Below are positions 47,789 to 58,900 of a stretch of 64,000 nucleotides of DNA, in pieces. The translations under genes and the position numbers were made by a program. How positions within the stretch are numbered: position 1 is the first letter of the stretch; every line of letters starts with the position of its first letter. The notes beneath the pieces were generated by a model. It made no database searches. It had not been told where the DNA came from and saw nothing but the letters and a program-made list of their open reading frames with translations. This stretch comes from an uncultured Pseudomonadota bacterium (GTDB lineage: Bacteria; Oederibacteriota; Muellerivitia; Muellerivitales; Muellerivitaceae), in NCBI GenBank assembly GCA_963836235.1, contig CAWIIP010000002.1, positions 768,001 to 832,000 of the forward strand, written 5' to 3'.

Positions 47789-50155
47789 ATGAACCAAGAA
47801 CATCCATCTCCCCTCATCCAAGAGCTTCACCAAGGGTTCTTCTCCCCCGCCTCAAGCCGGAAGGCCTGGGCGGCCCTGGTCCTAGGCGTAGCGGTCTTGG
47901 TCCTTTTCGCCCGGGCCCTCTTCTCCGGCGATACCCTGGTTTCCACTCCGGACGGCGACCTGGCCAACCAGTTTTACGCCTGGCGGGATTTCGGTTTTTC
48001 CGAACTGCGAAAAGGGCATTTGGCCCTTTGGAACCCCTACATCTATTGCGGGGCGCCTTTCTTCGCCGGTTTCCAGTCCGCCCTTCTCTATCCCCCTAAC
48101 TGGCTTTTTCTCTTTCTTCCCCTGGTATTCGCCCTGAACTTTTCCATCGCCCTCCACGTCTTCCTGGCGGGCTTTTTCACCTACCTTTGGCTGGCCGCGA
48201 ACCGCTTAAGTTTCCTGGCCGCACTCTTCGGAGCCTTCGTTTTCATGTTCGGCGGGGCTTACTTTTCGCATGTTACCCCCGGCCACTTGCCGAACCTTTG
48301 CACCATGGCCTGGATTCCCCTGGTCTTTCTTTGCGTGGAGGGTCTCTTGAAATCCCCCGGTTTAATAGAAGCCCTCGTGGGCATGGGGGTTTTGTCCCTC
48401 CAACTCTTGTCCGGCCATGCCCAATATTTTATTTACACCCTCTTCCTGGCGGGCCTTTACGCCTTGGCGCTCGAGATCCGGAACCCCGAAAAGAGATGGA
48501 GCAAGGCCCTTTATGGCCTGTCCATGCTTTTGGGGGCGCTCGCGGTCACTTCCATCCAATGGCTGGCCGGATTGGAGGCTAAGGGAGAAAACCTACGGGT
48601 AAGCGCCGGCTCCCCGGAGGCCCAACGTTTCTTTTCCCTGAACCCCCTGGATTCCTTGACGGTTTTGGCCTCCGGCCTGGGCGGGAAAGAAACCCGTTTC
48701 TTTTGCTGGAGCGGCTCCCGGATTTGGTGGGAGTCCTGCCTCTATATTGGAATCACCGCTTTTCTCTTGGCGATTTACGGGCTCACCCGAAGCGAAAGTC
48801 CCAAGGGGAAAAAAGGGGTCCTGTTGGGCCTGGCCCTTTTATCGCTCTTATTGGCCTTTGGTTTTTACACGCCCCTTTATCCCCTCCTGAACGAATGCGT
48901 TCCTTTCTTTGACTCCTTCCGGGGTACTTTCAAGTTCGGCATCTTTTTCCAATTAGCTTTCGCTTTCCTCGCCGCCGGAGGGCTCCAATGCTGGTTTTCC
49001 GCCACGAGGGAAAAAAAGTGGCCCGCTTTCCTGGCCTTCGGCCTGTCGGCAGTTTTTCTGGCCGCCACCTTTTCGGTTTTCCAAGGGTCCAGCTTGGACG
49101 GACTTTCTTCCCTACTTTCCTGGAACGATTCCGAAGCCCTTTCACCCCAATCTCCCCAATTCCTTCTCCAGATAGACGCGGCAAGAATCGTCAACCTAGC
49201 CGGGGCTTCCCTCCTTTTCCTGGCTTTCGGCCTGCTCTGGAGTTGGACTTCCCTAGGGGCAGTAAGAAAAATCGCCCTGGCCTTCCTGGGCATGGCGAAC
49301 TTGTGGGCCTTCGCGGGGGCCAATCTTCCCACCTTTGACGCCCAACAAATGAAATCCAGGGAAGCCGAGATTCAAAAAGCCTTGTCCCCCCAATTGGGGG
49401 ATGGGCGGATCTATTGGACCTCCCATGACGACCGTGCCCTTTCCCTGGGCTTGCCGGACATCTGGGGCGATGACCCCCTGCTTCCGAGGCGCTACAATTA
49501 TTTCATGACCTACACGGGAAATCCCTTGAACCCCTCTTTCGCTCCTGACACCCAAAAGCTTACCCTCACTCTTTCTAAAATCCGTCTAGTCCGCCTAGGC
49601 TATCTCCTAGACACGAAGAGCGAAGGCCTTCATATCACGCCCCTACCCTATTCCCGCCTGCCGCGCGCCTTTTTGGCCGGGCGATGGAAGCAAGTGGGAA
49701 GCGCCCAGGAGGCGATGGAAAATATTTCCCGTCCGGATTTTGATCCGGGGGCTGAAGTTCTTTTGGAAGAGTCACCCGTCATCTTGCCGGAGGAAAATGT
49801 CGCTCAAGGACAAGTAACACTGCAGGACCGGACCACCGATGAGGTCGAAATCCATGTCCAAACGGAGAAACCCCAAATCCTCATGATGACCGACAACTAC
49901 AGCCGGGGATGGAAAGCGGTAGCCTACCCTGACAGTGTTCAGCAAAAATACAAGGTGATGCCCGGAGATTATTTTAGCCGGGCCATCCCACTTTCATCCG
50001 GGAACCACCATTTTCTTTTGAAATACAACCCGGCGGCCTTCGAGGTTGGAAAATGGATTTCCTTAGCATCGCTCCTGGCTTATCTCCTCGCTTGGGTCTG
50101 GTGGGGATGGAAAAACAACCCTTTCCAAGGTGGAAAAGCGGCTCCCCTTGGATAA
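47789..50155 (+). CDS. YfhO-like (GT-C fold) membrane glycosyltransferase 4
   Basis: DLANQF, GHLALWNPYIYCGAPFFA, LLYPPN, LSGHAQ, YSRGWKA. Confidence 0.82.
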   Translation: MNQEHPSPLIQELHQGFFSPASSRKAWAALVLGVAVLVLFARALFSGDTLVSTPDGDLANQFYAWRDFGFSELRKGHLALWNPYIYCGAPFFAGFQSALLYPPNWLFLFLPLVFALNFSIALHVFLAGFFTYLWLAANRLSFLAALFGAFVFMFGGAYFSHVTPGHLPNLCTMAWIPLVFLCVEGLLKSPGLIEALVGMGVLSLQLLSGHAQYFIYTLFLAGLYALALEIRNPEKRWSKALYGLSMLLGALAVTSIQWLAGLEAKGENLRVSAGSPEAQRFFSLNPLDSLTVLASGLGGKETRFFCWSGSRIWWESCLYIGITAFLLAIYGLTRSESPKGKKGVLLGLALLSLLLAFGFYTPLYPLLNECVPFFDSFRGTFKFGIFFQLAFAFLAAGGLQCWFSATREKKWPAFLAFGLSAVFLAATFSVFQGSSLDGLSSLLSWNDSEALSPQSPQFLLQIDAARIVNLAGASLLFLAFGLLWSWTSLGAVRKIALAFLGMANLWAFAGANLPTFDAQQMKSREAEIQKALSPQLGDGRIYWTSHDDRALSLGLPDIWGDDPLLPRRYNYFMTYTGNPLNPSFAPDTQKLTLTLSKIRLVRLGYLLDTKSEGLHITPLPYSRLPRAFLAGRWKQVGSAQEAMENISRPDFDPGAEVLLEESPVILPEENVAQGQVTLQDRTTDEVEIHVQTEKPQILMMTDNYSRGWKAVAYPDSVQQKYKVMPGDYFSRAIPLSSGNHHFLLKYNPAAFEVGKWISLASLLAYLLAWVWWGWKNNPFQGGKAAPLG

Positions 50156-52199
50156 AGGAGTGAACGAGAAAAGCTTTTTACCCGGAATCCTGCTTTTGCT
50201 GCTGGCTTTTGAGCTGGCCCTTTTGGGCCTGAACCCTTCCTTCTATATGGATGACAGCCCGGAGATCATCACCGTCTCGGCCTGCCTGGGGATCGCCCAT
50301 CCTCCCGGTTATCCCCTCTTCATCCTCCTGGGCCGACTCTTTTCCCTTCTGCCCCTGGGGCCGCTCTGCCTTCGGGTCAACCTGCTTTCGGCTTTCACGG
50401 GGGCCCTGGCCTGCTATTTATTGTTTCGGTTCCTGAAGGATCGTTTCAACCTGGGCCTTTCCTTGAGCCTTCCCTTTGCCCTTCTTTGGATGGCCGGGGC
50501 CACCGCCTATCCCGCCGCCTTGAGCGCCAAGAACGGTATTTACCAGCTGACGGCTGTTTTCCTTTTAGCCGTCCTGGGCGCCCTTTTTCGGGGACGCCGC
50601 TCCCTCGCTCTTTTTCTTTTTGGCCTGTCCCTGGGCAACCATTGGATGAGCATGATGGCGGCCGGGAGCGGTTTCGCCTTTCTGGCCTGGATCCAGTTGA
50701 GGGAAAGGGAAGGGGCGGCCAAGGAACTGGTAAAAAGCGCGGCCTTCTTGGTGGTGGGACTTTCCCTTTACCTTTACCTGCCCTTAAGGTCCTCCCTGGA
50801 CCCCCTCGTCAATTGGGCCCATCCCGTGGATGCGGAAAATTTCCTGCGCCACGTGAGCCGTTACGTAGACAAGGACAAGGATTTTACGGGAGACGCTTTT
50901 TTGTGGGCCCAGCAGGGTTTTTACTACCTGCGTTCGGCCTTGGTGGAATTTTCAGGCCTGGGCCTTTTGGCCCTTTGCGGAATCTTCGCCGCTTGGCGCG
51001 GGGAGCGCCGTCAGGCGGCGGGCTTGCTTCTTTCCTGGGCGGGGCTCTTCGCCGCCGTTTGTGTTTTCTCCAAGTTCTCCAGCCAAAAAATTTACCTGAT
51101 GCAGAATTATTCCATCGCCTCTTTTATTTTCATCCCCCTCTTCGCGGGCCTGGGTTTTCGTTTCCTCCTCCAACTTCTAGGCCGCCGCCATCCTAAGGCC
51201 GTCAAGGCCGCCCCCGTTGCCGTCTGGTTGCTGGTGCTGGCCCTGGCCGTGGCCCGCTGGCTTCAAGGGGGCCAAGAATTTTACACCTACACTTACGATT
51301 ATGTTTTGAACGCCTGGCGTTCGGTTCCCGTGGGCGGGCTCTTCTTTTGCAAGGGCGACGTTTTGGATTTCCCCTGCTGGTACTTCCAGCTGTTGGAGGG
51401 AAAAAGGCCCGACCTTCCGGTGTTGGGCGGCGGAAGCCTGCCGATGGATTGGTACCGGATCTTTTTAGCCCGCACCCAGCCGGGACTCAAAGTCCCCTAT
51501 CCTTTCCACGAGAAGGGCAAGGAATATATCTCGGGCCACCTGATCCAATGGATGGTGGAGCAAAACCCCGGGCACCGGCTCTTTTTCACTTATCCTGACT
51601 TGGGGCCGGACGGTTTGGGTGAAATGCGTCTGGTTCCCAACGGCATGACCCAGGAGGGCTTTCTGCCCCCCGCCGGTCCCCTCTTTGACGAAGCGGAAGC
51701 CGAACGGCTTTGGGCCGATATGCGCCTGAGGCATTATCAAAAACCGGATGATTCGGTGGATGAGGTTTCCTGGGACTACTTCTTGAAGGACTACGGGATG
51801 GCGCGGCTTTGGATGGCGGCGAAATACATGGGAGAAGCCCAGGCGTTAGCGGTTCAGGGAAACCCTTCCCCGGCCCCGCGACAAAAGGCCCATTCCCTTT
51901 ATGAAAAAACCCTTCCCCATCTTTTATGGGCGCAAAACTGGGACCCCCAAAATCCCGGCTATGCCGTCAATGTCGGCCTCGACCTCTTTTTCATGGGGGA
52001 TTTGAAACAAGCCGGGGACTGGTTCGCGAAAGCGGCCCGGATCGATCCCCGCTATGCGGATGCCTATTACTATGAGGGCGTGGTGGCCTATCAAACCGGG
52101 AATAAGGCGGAAGCCCGGAGATTATTTGAGAAAACCCTCGCCTTAAACCCCAACCACGCCCAAGCCGCCCGGTCTTTTCGGGCACTCTCGGTGCCTTGA
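50130..52199 (+). CDS. DUF2723/TMEM260-like GT-C protein with C-terminal TPRs; start uncertain
   Basis: DDSPE, GIAHPPGYPL, GLSLGNH, YLYLPLRS...NW, GD..F..WY.Q..EG.RPD, TPRs. Confidence 0.85.
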   Translation: MEKRLPLDKGVNEKSFLPGILLLLLAFELALLGLNPSFYMDDSPEIITVSACLGIAHPPGYPLFILLGRLFSLLPLGPLCLRVNLLSAFTGALACYLLFRFLKDRFNLGLSLSLPFALLWMAGATAYPAALSAKNGIYQLTAVFLLAVLGALFRGRRSLALFLFGLSLGNHWMSMMAAGSGFAFLAWIQLREREGAAKELVKSAAFLVVGLSLYLYLPLRSSLDPLVNWAHPVDAENFLRHVSRYVDKDKDFTGDAFLWAQQGFYYLRSALVEFSGLGLLALCGIFAAWRGERRQAAGLLLSWAGLFAAVCVFSKFSSQKIYLMQNYSIASFIFIPLFAGLGFRFLLQLLGRRHPKAVKAAPVAVWLLVLALAVARWLQGGQEFYTYTYDYVLNAWRSVPVGGLFFCKGDVLDFPCWYFQLLEGKRPDLPVLGGGSLPMDWYRIFLARTQPGLKVPYPFHEKGKEYISGHLIQWMVEQNPGHRLFFTYPDLGPDGLGEMRLVPNGMTQEGFLPPAGPLFDEAEAERLWADMRLRHYQKPDDSVDEVSWDYFLKDYGMARLWMAAKYMGEAQALAVQGNPSPAPRQKAHSLYEKTLPHLLWAQNWDPQNPGYAVNVGLDLFFMGDLKQAGDWFAKAARIDPRYADAYYYEGVVAYQTGNKAEARRLFEKTLALNPNHAQAARSFRALSVP

Positions 52200-52259
52200 T
52201 AATAGGCTGGCATCAACCGCTTTTAAAATTTTTCCGTGAGCCCGAAATCCTAACAAGGA

Positions 52260-55200
52260 TTAATGAATGACGACGACCTTGCCCGTCCATCGCTGGGACC
52301 CTGAGCCATTATTGACCTCAAGCGCGTAAAGGTACAAACTGCTCGCGACCGCCTGCCCGGACTGGTTTTGAACCTGCCAAAGCAGGTTGTTCAGGCCCGC
52401 GTTTCCCGCAATAGTGCTTTGGTAGATTTGTTCCCCCAAAAGGGTGTACAAGGACAAATGAACCTGGGCCGGCCCCGGCAACTGGACTTTAAATTGAATA
52501 GGTTCATCGTTCCGGGAAATATTCGGCGCCACCACCACCGCCAGGTTGCCCAAGGTGGGACTGGGGGTGACGGTAAATGTCGGTGTCATCGTGGAAGTGG
52601 GCGTTTCCGCGCGTTGCGCATTCTTGGAAAGGGCCGCGATTTTGACCGACAGGGCAACGGCGGTGGGCGTGGGCCCGCAAGGCACGTATTCCCCCACGAT
52701 CATATTGACCGAATTAACATAAAGTACCCCGCTCGGGCTGACGGCTACCCCCAAGGGGTAACCTATTTGATTGGCGGCCTCATCCGGACCCGTGGCGATC
52801 TGGCAGACCGGATTGCCATTGGGGTCATATTTGGAGACGGGGTTTAAGCCTTCACCCGCCACGTAAATATATCCCGCCGAATCCGCCGTTAAATTGACGC
52901 CGATGCTGCTCCAGGAGATACCGGTAGCGACTCCCGCCGCGGTGAATTGATGAACCCCGGTGCCGTCGAGTACGTAAACCAATTCCGTGTTGCTGACGCA
53001 GATTCCCTTAGGGGCGCTAAATCCCCCGCTTTCCCCAAATTGCGTGGGGATACCCCCGGGCGCCCCCCCGTTGTAGGTAAATTCCTGGACCCTGCCGTTT
53101 AAGCCCTCATCCACCGTGTAAACATTATTGGACACCGGGTCCACCGCGACGCCGAACAGCCCCGCGAATTGGCCAATGGCAATCCCGCTGGTTCCCCATT
53201 GGTTTAAATAACCGCCGGTGGGACCGAATACCTCCACCCGGCTGTTTCCTTGGTCCGCCACGTAAATGGAAGTGCCGGCCGAATTGACGGCGATTTCATA
53301 GGGACCGTTTAAATTGCCGTTTCCGGATCCCGTCCCGCCAAAGGAGAGGATGAAATTCGTGGAGGAACCGGAGGTGTCGAACTTATCCACCAGGTTGTTC
53401 GCCTGGTCCGTGACATAGACGCACGGCCCGGGCTGCCCGTTGCAGTTGGTGCTGTTATCAAGGGCGATGTCATAAACGGGGTTGCCGAAACTATAGCTCC
53501 CGTCTGCGTCGCTTCCGGAAGTTCCCCACTTTAAGGAGAAGTTATAACAGCAGCCGCCCGGGGTTGAAGTGACGCTGGGTGTGGGAGTCAGGGTGGGCGT
53601 ATTGGTTAGGGTTGAAGTGGCCGTCGACATGCTGGTGTTGGTTGGCGTCGGGCTTGGCGTAATAGTTGTCGTCTCCGTAAGCGTATTCGTGGGAGTGCGT
53701 GTTTCCGTTACGGTCCTGGTATTCGTCACCGTACGAGTTGCGGTGGTTGTGGGGGAATTAGTCCTCGTCGGCGTTATGGTGGCGGTCCTCGTCGGTGTGC
53801 GAGTGTCGGTGACCGTCCGTGTATTGGTCGGCGTGCGGGTTTCTGTCACTGTCCTCGTATTGGTTACGGTTCCCGTCGGCGTATGAGTCTCCGTTACGGT
53901 TCGTGTATGTGTCGGGGTGTGGGTATCCGTCACGGTCCTGGTATTCGTCACCGTATGAGTCGCGGTGATTGTGGGGGAATTAGTCCTCGTGGGGGTTATG
54001 GTCGGCGTCCTGGTGGGGGTACGGGTATCCGTTACTGTTCGAGTATTGGTCGGGGTGCGGGTGTCTGTTGCTGTCCTTGTGTTGGTAACGGTTCTCGTCG
54101 GGGTGCCGGTGGGGGTTTGGGTTACCGTCACGGTGGGCGTAAAAGTCCAGGTGGGAGCCGGAATGCATGACGAAATACTCGAGAGAGCTTTGTAGACGTC
54201 CAACAGGCCATAGCCCTGGGTGGGTGTCCAGCCCGTTTGGCCCGGCAGAAGGTCGGTATTGCTGATAATGGCTTGGGTGACTTGCACATTCGTGAGGTTC
54301 GGGCACAAGCAGAACATCAAAGCGGCCGTGCCGGAGACGTAAGGAGCCGAGGCCGAGGTTCCGGCGGCGATGCAAAAGTTGCTGTCCGCGGGGTTGGCTA
54401 TGAAATCGGCCGGGTTGGCCGAAAAGGGGCAATTGAGGCGGGCCCCAAAGACATTCTGCGAGGCGTCAAGGGTGAAATTACCGGTAGCCATGGCCGACCC
54501 TCCCGGGGCGACCAGGTCCAACCCGGGGCCTGAGTTGGAATAAAAAGCAATGCCGCCGCTGGCGTCCGTGGCTCCTACCGATATCAACGCCGGAAGGGAA
54601 TAAGGAGGATTGGTAAAGCTCGCGGGGAAAAGCAAGGGAACGGCCGTACCATCGTCCCCGGAGGAAGCCACCGCGACGCAACCGTTGGACATCGCGTATT
54701 GCAGCACTAAGTACTGTAAATAATCAGGAAGCATTCCTCCCAAGGACAGGTTTAAAACCTTGGCGCCGTTTTCGATCGCGTAAAGCGTTCCATAAGCCAC
54801 ACCAGCGGCGGAGCCACTGCCCGTGTTGTCCAAAACCTTGACCGGCATGAGCTTCACACCCGGAGCCAAACCCGCCATCCCGGTGGTGGAAGAACCCGGA
54901 TTGCAGGCTTCCGGCTGAACCGTACTTTGCCATTGGGCCCAAAGAAGAGAGGAAACAAAAGTCCCGTGACCAAAATCATCGTCCGTCGGTTCGACCGTTG
55001 TGTAGGGAGCTAACCCCAAAGTGGGTTGGGGTGGATCCACCAAACCCGTAAAGGCGTTGTATCCTGGAACAAAAAGGGAAGGGGGAAGATCCGGATGGGA
55101 CCTCGTCACGCCAGTATCGATCACGGCTACCGTCACCGAGCAACCCGGTGGACAGGAATTCCAAGTAATATTTTGCCAGGCTTGGGGAGCGCTGATTTGC

Positions 55201-55607
55201 TGTAGGGGCCAATTATAAGGTGAACTGTAATACTGGTCGGTTGGCAGAGGACAGCCCAGCGCGTAATAGCGGACATTCGGCTCGGCCCAAAGGACGGAAG
55301 GATCGCTTTGGCATTCGCTGACGGCTTGGGAAACCCCTAACCCGCCTTGAAGCTCAACTTTGAAAATACCCTCGAACAAGGGATTGGAAACCGGCAGTTT
55401 CAGGCGGTCGGCTCTTCCCAGGTGGCGCAAAAAAATTTCCGATTGAAACCGGTTTATGCCGGGTTTGAACTGGACAAGGATTTCCCCCGGTACGTAGGCT
55501 TCTTTTCCGGCCATACCCGATACCAAAGACTTCGCTTCGCTTGCGGTTCCAATGAGGAAGAACGCCATGAATAACCATACGATTCCAGTCAATAATAAAT
55601 TTTTCAT
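52260..55607 (-). CDS. Secreted S8 subtilase with Thr stalk, NHL propeller and T9SS-like CTD
   Basis: YVPGEILVQFK and AEPN prodomain; VAVIDTG / GHGTFVS / GTSASAP; YVADQGNSRV NHL repeats; APN..LYTLLGE..ASSLY..KVVVIH. Confidence 0.92.
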   Translation of the reverse strand: MKNLLLTGIVWLFMAFFLIGTASEAKSLVSGMAGKEAYVPGEILVQFKPGINRFQSEIFLRHLGRADRLKLPVSNPLFEGIFKVELQGGLGVSQAVSECQSDPSVLWAEPNVRYYALGCPLPTDQYYSSPYNWPLQQISAPQAWQNITWNSCPPGCSVTVAVIDTGVTRSHPDLPPSLFVPGYNAFTGLVDPPQPTLGLAPYTTVEPTDDDFGHGTFVSSLLWAQWQSTVQPEACNPGSSTTGMAGLAPGVKLMPVKVLDNTGSGSAAGVAYGTLYAIENGAKVLNLSLGGMLPDYLQYLVLQYAMSNGCVAVASSGDDGTAVPLLFPASFTNPPYSLPALISVGATDASGGIAFYSNSGPGLDLVAPGGSAMATGNFTLDASQNVFGARLNCPFSANPADFIANPADSNFCIAAGTSASAPYVSGTAALMFCLCPNLTNVQVTQAIISNTDLLPGQTGWTPTQGYGLLDVYKALSSISSCIPAPTWTFTPTVTVTQTPTGTPTRTVTNTRTATDTRTPTNTRTVTDTRTPTRTPTITPTRTNSPTITATHTVTNTRTVTDTHTPTHTRTVTETHTPTGTVTNTRTVTETRTPTNTRTVTDTRTPTRTATITPTRTNSPTTTATRTVTNTRTVTETRTPTNTLTETTTITPSPTPTNTSMSTATSTLTNTPTLTPTPSVTSTPGGCCYNFSLKWGTSGSDADGSYSFGNPVYDIALDNSTNCNGQPGPCVYVTDQANNLVDKFDTSGSSTNFILSFGGTGSGNGNLNGPYEIAVNSAGTSIYVADQGNSRVEVFGPTGGYLNQWGTSGIAIGQFAGLFGVAVDPVSNNVYTVDEGLNGRVQEFTYNGGAPGGIPTQFGESGGFSAPKGICVSNTELVYVLDGTGVHQFTAAGVATGISWSSIGVNLTADSAGYIYVAGEGLNPVSKYDPNGNPVCQIATGPDEAANQIGYPLGVAVSPSGVLYVNSVNMIVGEYVPCGPTPTAVALSVKIAALSKNAQRAETPTSTMTPTFTVTPSPTLGNLAVVVAPNISRNDEPIQFKVQLPGPAQVHLSLYTLLGEQIYQSTIAGNAGLNNLLWQVQNQSGQAVASSLYLYALEVNNGSGSQRWTGKVVVIH

Positions 55608-55994
55608 AAATCAGCTCCTTTAAATAATTAGCGGGATCATACTCAAACGACTCATTGAAACAACAGAATCCGAAACAATGCGGTCGGTTAAATTAAAAGG
55701 TTTAAAATAATAAATGGTTTACAGTCGGTGAATGTGAGGAGTGTATTTTATTTTAAGTTGGGGATCAATCTTAAATCTTGGCCGGTCATGAATTAAACAA
55801 TTCTAATTTCACGATAAATTTTGAAAAAATGAACCCTTTTCTCCCGGATTTTGAAAGCTAACCTGGTCCTAACATTTCCACGAGAAAAGATTGAACCTTT
55901 AGGATTTTTGAAAGAACTCGCTTAGGCCGAAAGCAAGAATTCCAACGGTGAAGGGAGGCGATGATCCAGAGAAAAGGTTCGCGACGATTCGGGA

Positions 55995-58900
55995 TTACCG
56001 CAGGATGAGTAGTTTGAGGATGCTTCTTCCCTGGTTGGTTTGGACCACCACGTAATAAAGCCCGCTGGCCAAAGGTGTTCCCCTCTTATCCACTAAGGGA
56101 ATCGGTACGCTCGCTCCCGGCTGCACGTTTGAATAATTCAAGGTGGCCACTTTCCGGAAGGCAATCGTGAAGATCTCAATGCTCACGTCCGATGGCGAAG
56201 TCAAATCCGGATTCAACTGAACCGTTCCTCCGGTAGTGGGATTCGGATAAACCACCGGTTTGGCTGAAGGGGTTGAGGTTGGAGTGGCGGTAACCGTCGG
56301 CATCGGCGTAATGGTTTTAGTGGCTGTTGAGGTGACCGTCGAACTGGGGGTGTAAGTCGCCGTAGCGGCCACGATGGTGACCGTGACACCGGACACGGGC
56401 AATCCGGTAAAGAGAAGGGGCTGGCCGTTGCTTCCCGTGGCGTTCGTGGCGCTGAAGGAATAGCTCCCCACCGGTGACGACGAGGAGAAGTTCGCGGTGA
56501 CTTCGTAGGTCACGGCTCCATTGGCTCCCGGAATGACTCCGTTGAAGTTGAAGGTGGCGTTTGACCCGCTAAAGCTGGCCGTGGAAATGAGCGTTCCATT
56601 CGCGAAAAGATTGACCGAGGTGATCCCGCTGGGAAGGCTTCCCGTCCCGGTGAGGGTGATGCTGGTGAGCGTGACTGGGTTGCTGCTGGGATTGTTCATC
56701 TGGATCTGTTGGATGGGAACTCCGGAAGCGCCTGGGATTTGGGTGGAGCTACCCGGCGGGCTGGACCCTTGCGAGGCCGAAACCGTCACCGGCGTGGGGC
56801 TGAAAGTGGGTGTGACGGACGCCGTTGAGGTGGTGGTCGCCGTGGCGGTATTAACCAAGGTGTTGGTGGCGGTGGAAGTGGGAGTCATGGTGCTGGTCTT
56901 AGTCGGGGTTCCGGTGTTGATCAGGGTATTGGTAGCAGTCGCCGTGGAAGTTCGGGTAGGGCTGTTGGTCAACGTCTCCGTCGGAGTTAACGAAGAGGTG
57001 TAAGTCGGGCTGTTACTGGCGGTATTCGTGGTGGTGACGGTAGCCGTTGAAGTCGGCGTCCCGGTGTTAATGAGAGTATTGGTAACGGTAGCCGTGGAAG
57101 TGCGGGTGGGGCTATTGGTGGGTGAACCTGTCGGAGTCAATGAAGACGTGTAAGTTGGACTGTTGCTGGCCGTGTTCGTGGTGGTGACCGTGGCGGTTGA
57201 GGTCGGAGTTCCGGTATTGATGAGGGTATTGGTGGCCGTCGCCGTGGAAGTGCGAGTAGGGCTGTTGGTGGCTGTCCCAGTTGGAGTCAACGAAGAGGTG
57301 TAAGTCGGGCTATTGCTGGCGGTGTTCGTGGTGGTGACGGTAGCAGTCGAAGTTGGGGTTCCGGTGTTAATGAGAGTATTGGTAACGGTAGCCGTGGAAG
57401 TGCGAGTAGGGCTGTTGGTGGCTGTCCCAGTTGGAGTCAACGAAGAGGCGTAAGTCGGGCTATTGCTGGCGGTGTTCGTGGTGGTGACGGTAGCAGTCGA
57501 AGTTGGGGTTCCGGTGTTGATGAGAGTATTGGTAGCCGTTGCCGTGGAAGTGCGGGTGGGGCTGTTGGTGGGCGAACCGGTTGGGGTCAACGAAGAGGTG
57601 TAAGTCGGGCTGTTGCTGGCGGTGTTCGTGGTGGTTGCCGTGGCGGTACGAGTTGAGGTGGACGTTGCGGTTAAAGTCGCCGTATTAACCAGGGTATTGG
57701 TGGCCGTTGCCGTGAAAGTGCGGGTGGGGCTATTGGTGGGCGAACCTGTCGGAGTCAATGAAGACGTGTAAGTTGGGCTGTTACTCGCGGTATTCGTGGT
57801 CGTTGCCGTGGCGGTACGGGTTGCGGTGGAAGTTGAAGTATTCGTAGGGCTATTCGTTACGGTCTTCGTGGGCGTACTAGTCGCCGTAGTAGTGGCTGTG
57901 TTCGTCGTGGTACTGGTAACCGTACTAGTTGAAGTGTTCGCCGGGGTATTCGTGCGGGTTGTGGTTGGAGTAGAAGTCAATGTATTCGTGGGGCTGTTCG
58001 TTACGGTTTTCGTGGCCGTATTGGTGGCGCTATTCGTCGGGGTGCTGGTAGCGTTCAATGGAGTGTTTGTCGGGCTATTGGAAGGGGTAAAGGTGGGTGT
58101 TTTGGTCGCGGTGGGCGTTGCGCTATTGGTGGCGGTTTTCGTGGCCGTGCTGGTATTAACCACCGGCGTGTTCGTCGGGCTGCTGGTGGGTGTGGGACTG
58201 GGTGTGTTGCAAATAACCGTAATGGCAATGGTATTGCTGTTAACCGGTCCTCCTCCGGACCAAGTCGCCGTTCCCTTGTCGCTCACCACCTGGCAGGAAT
58301 CGCTGGCGTTGAAGGAATAAGCGACCACGCTAAAAGCGATCGGAACGCAATCCCCGCCTGGTAAATTGCTCACGACCCAAGTAATTGGAAATCCTGAAGT
58401 ATTCAGGGGATTGATCGTCACCGGCACACCCGAAACCGTGACCGCCCATTGGCTAAAATTGGGGCCGTCCTGGGACCAACTCAAGGGATTGGTGATATTG
58501 TCCACCACCGTAACGCCGTTGGCCGTCACCGATCCCGAGGCGTTGCAAACCGTGATGGTCATGGCGATGGCTGTTCCCGTTTCGGGATAACCGGACGTGG
58601 GCCCACCGGTCGTCTTAGTCAAGGTAATACTGGGAGGAACGGTTGTGGCGGTGGGAGTAAAGCTAGGGGTCGCGGTGAAGGTCTTGGTGGGTGTGCCGGT
58701 AGGCACCGGGCTTCCCGCCACGCAATTAGGGGTCGGCGTTTGGTTGAGTTGAGCCAGCCAAGTGGAAACCGGGGCTCCGTGATAGGAAGTGGTGGGGTAG
58801 CCACTGAAGCTCGTCAAGAGCGTCGGACTCACGTCCGAGCTGAAAGCCCAAGCCATTCCGGAATAAACATAATTATGGTCGTTGGTCCCGTTGAGCCAGG

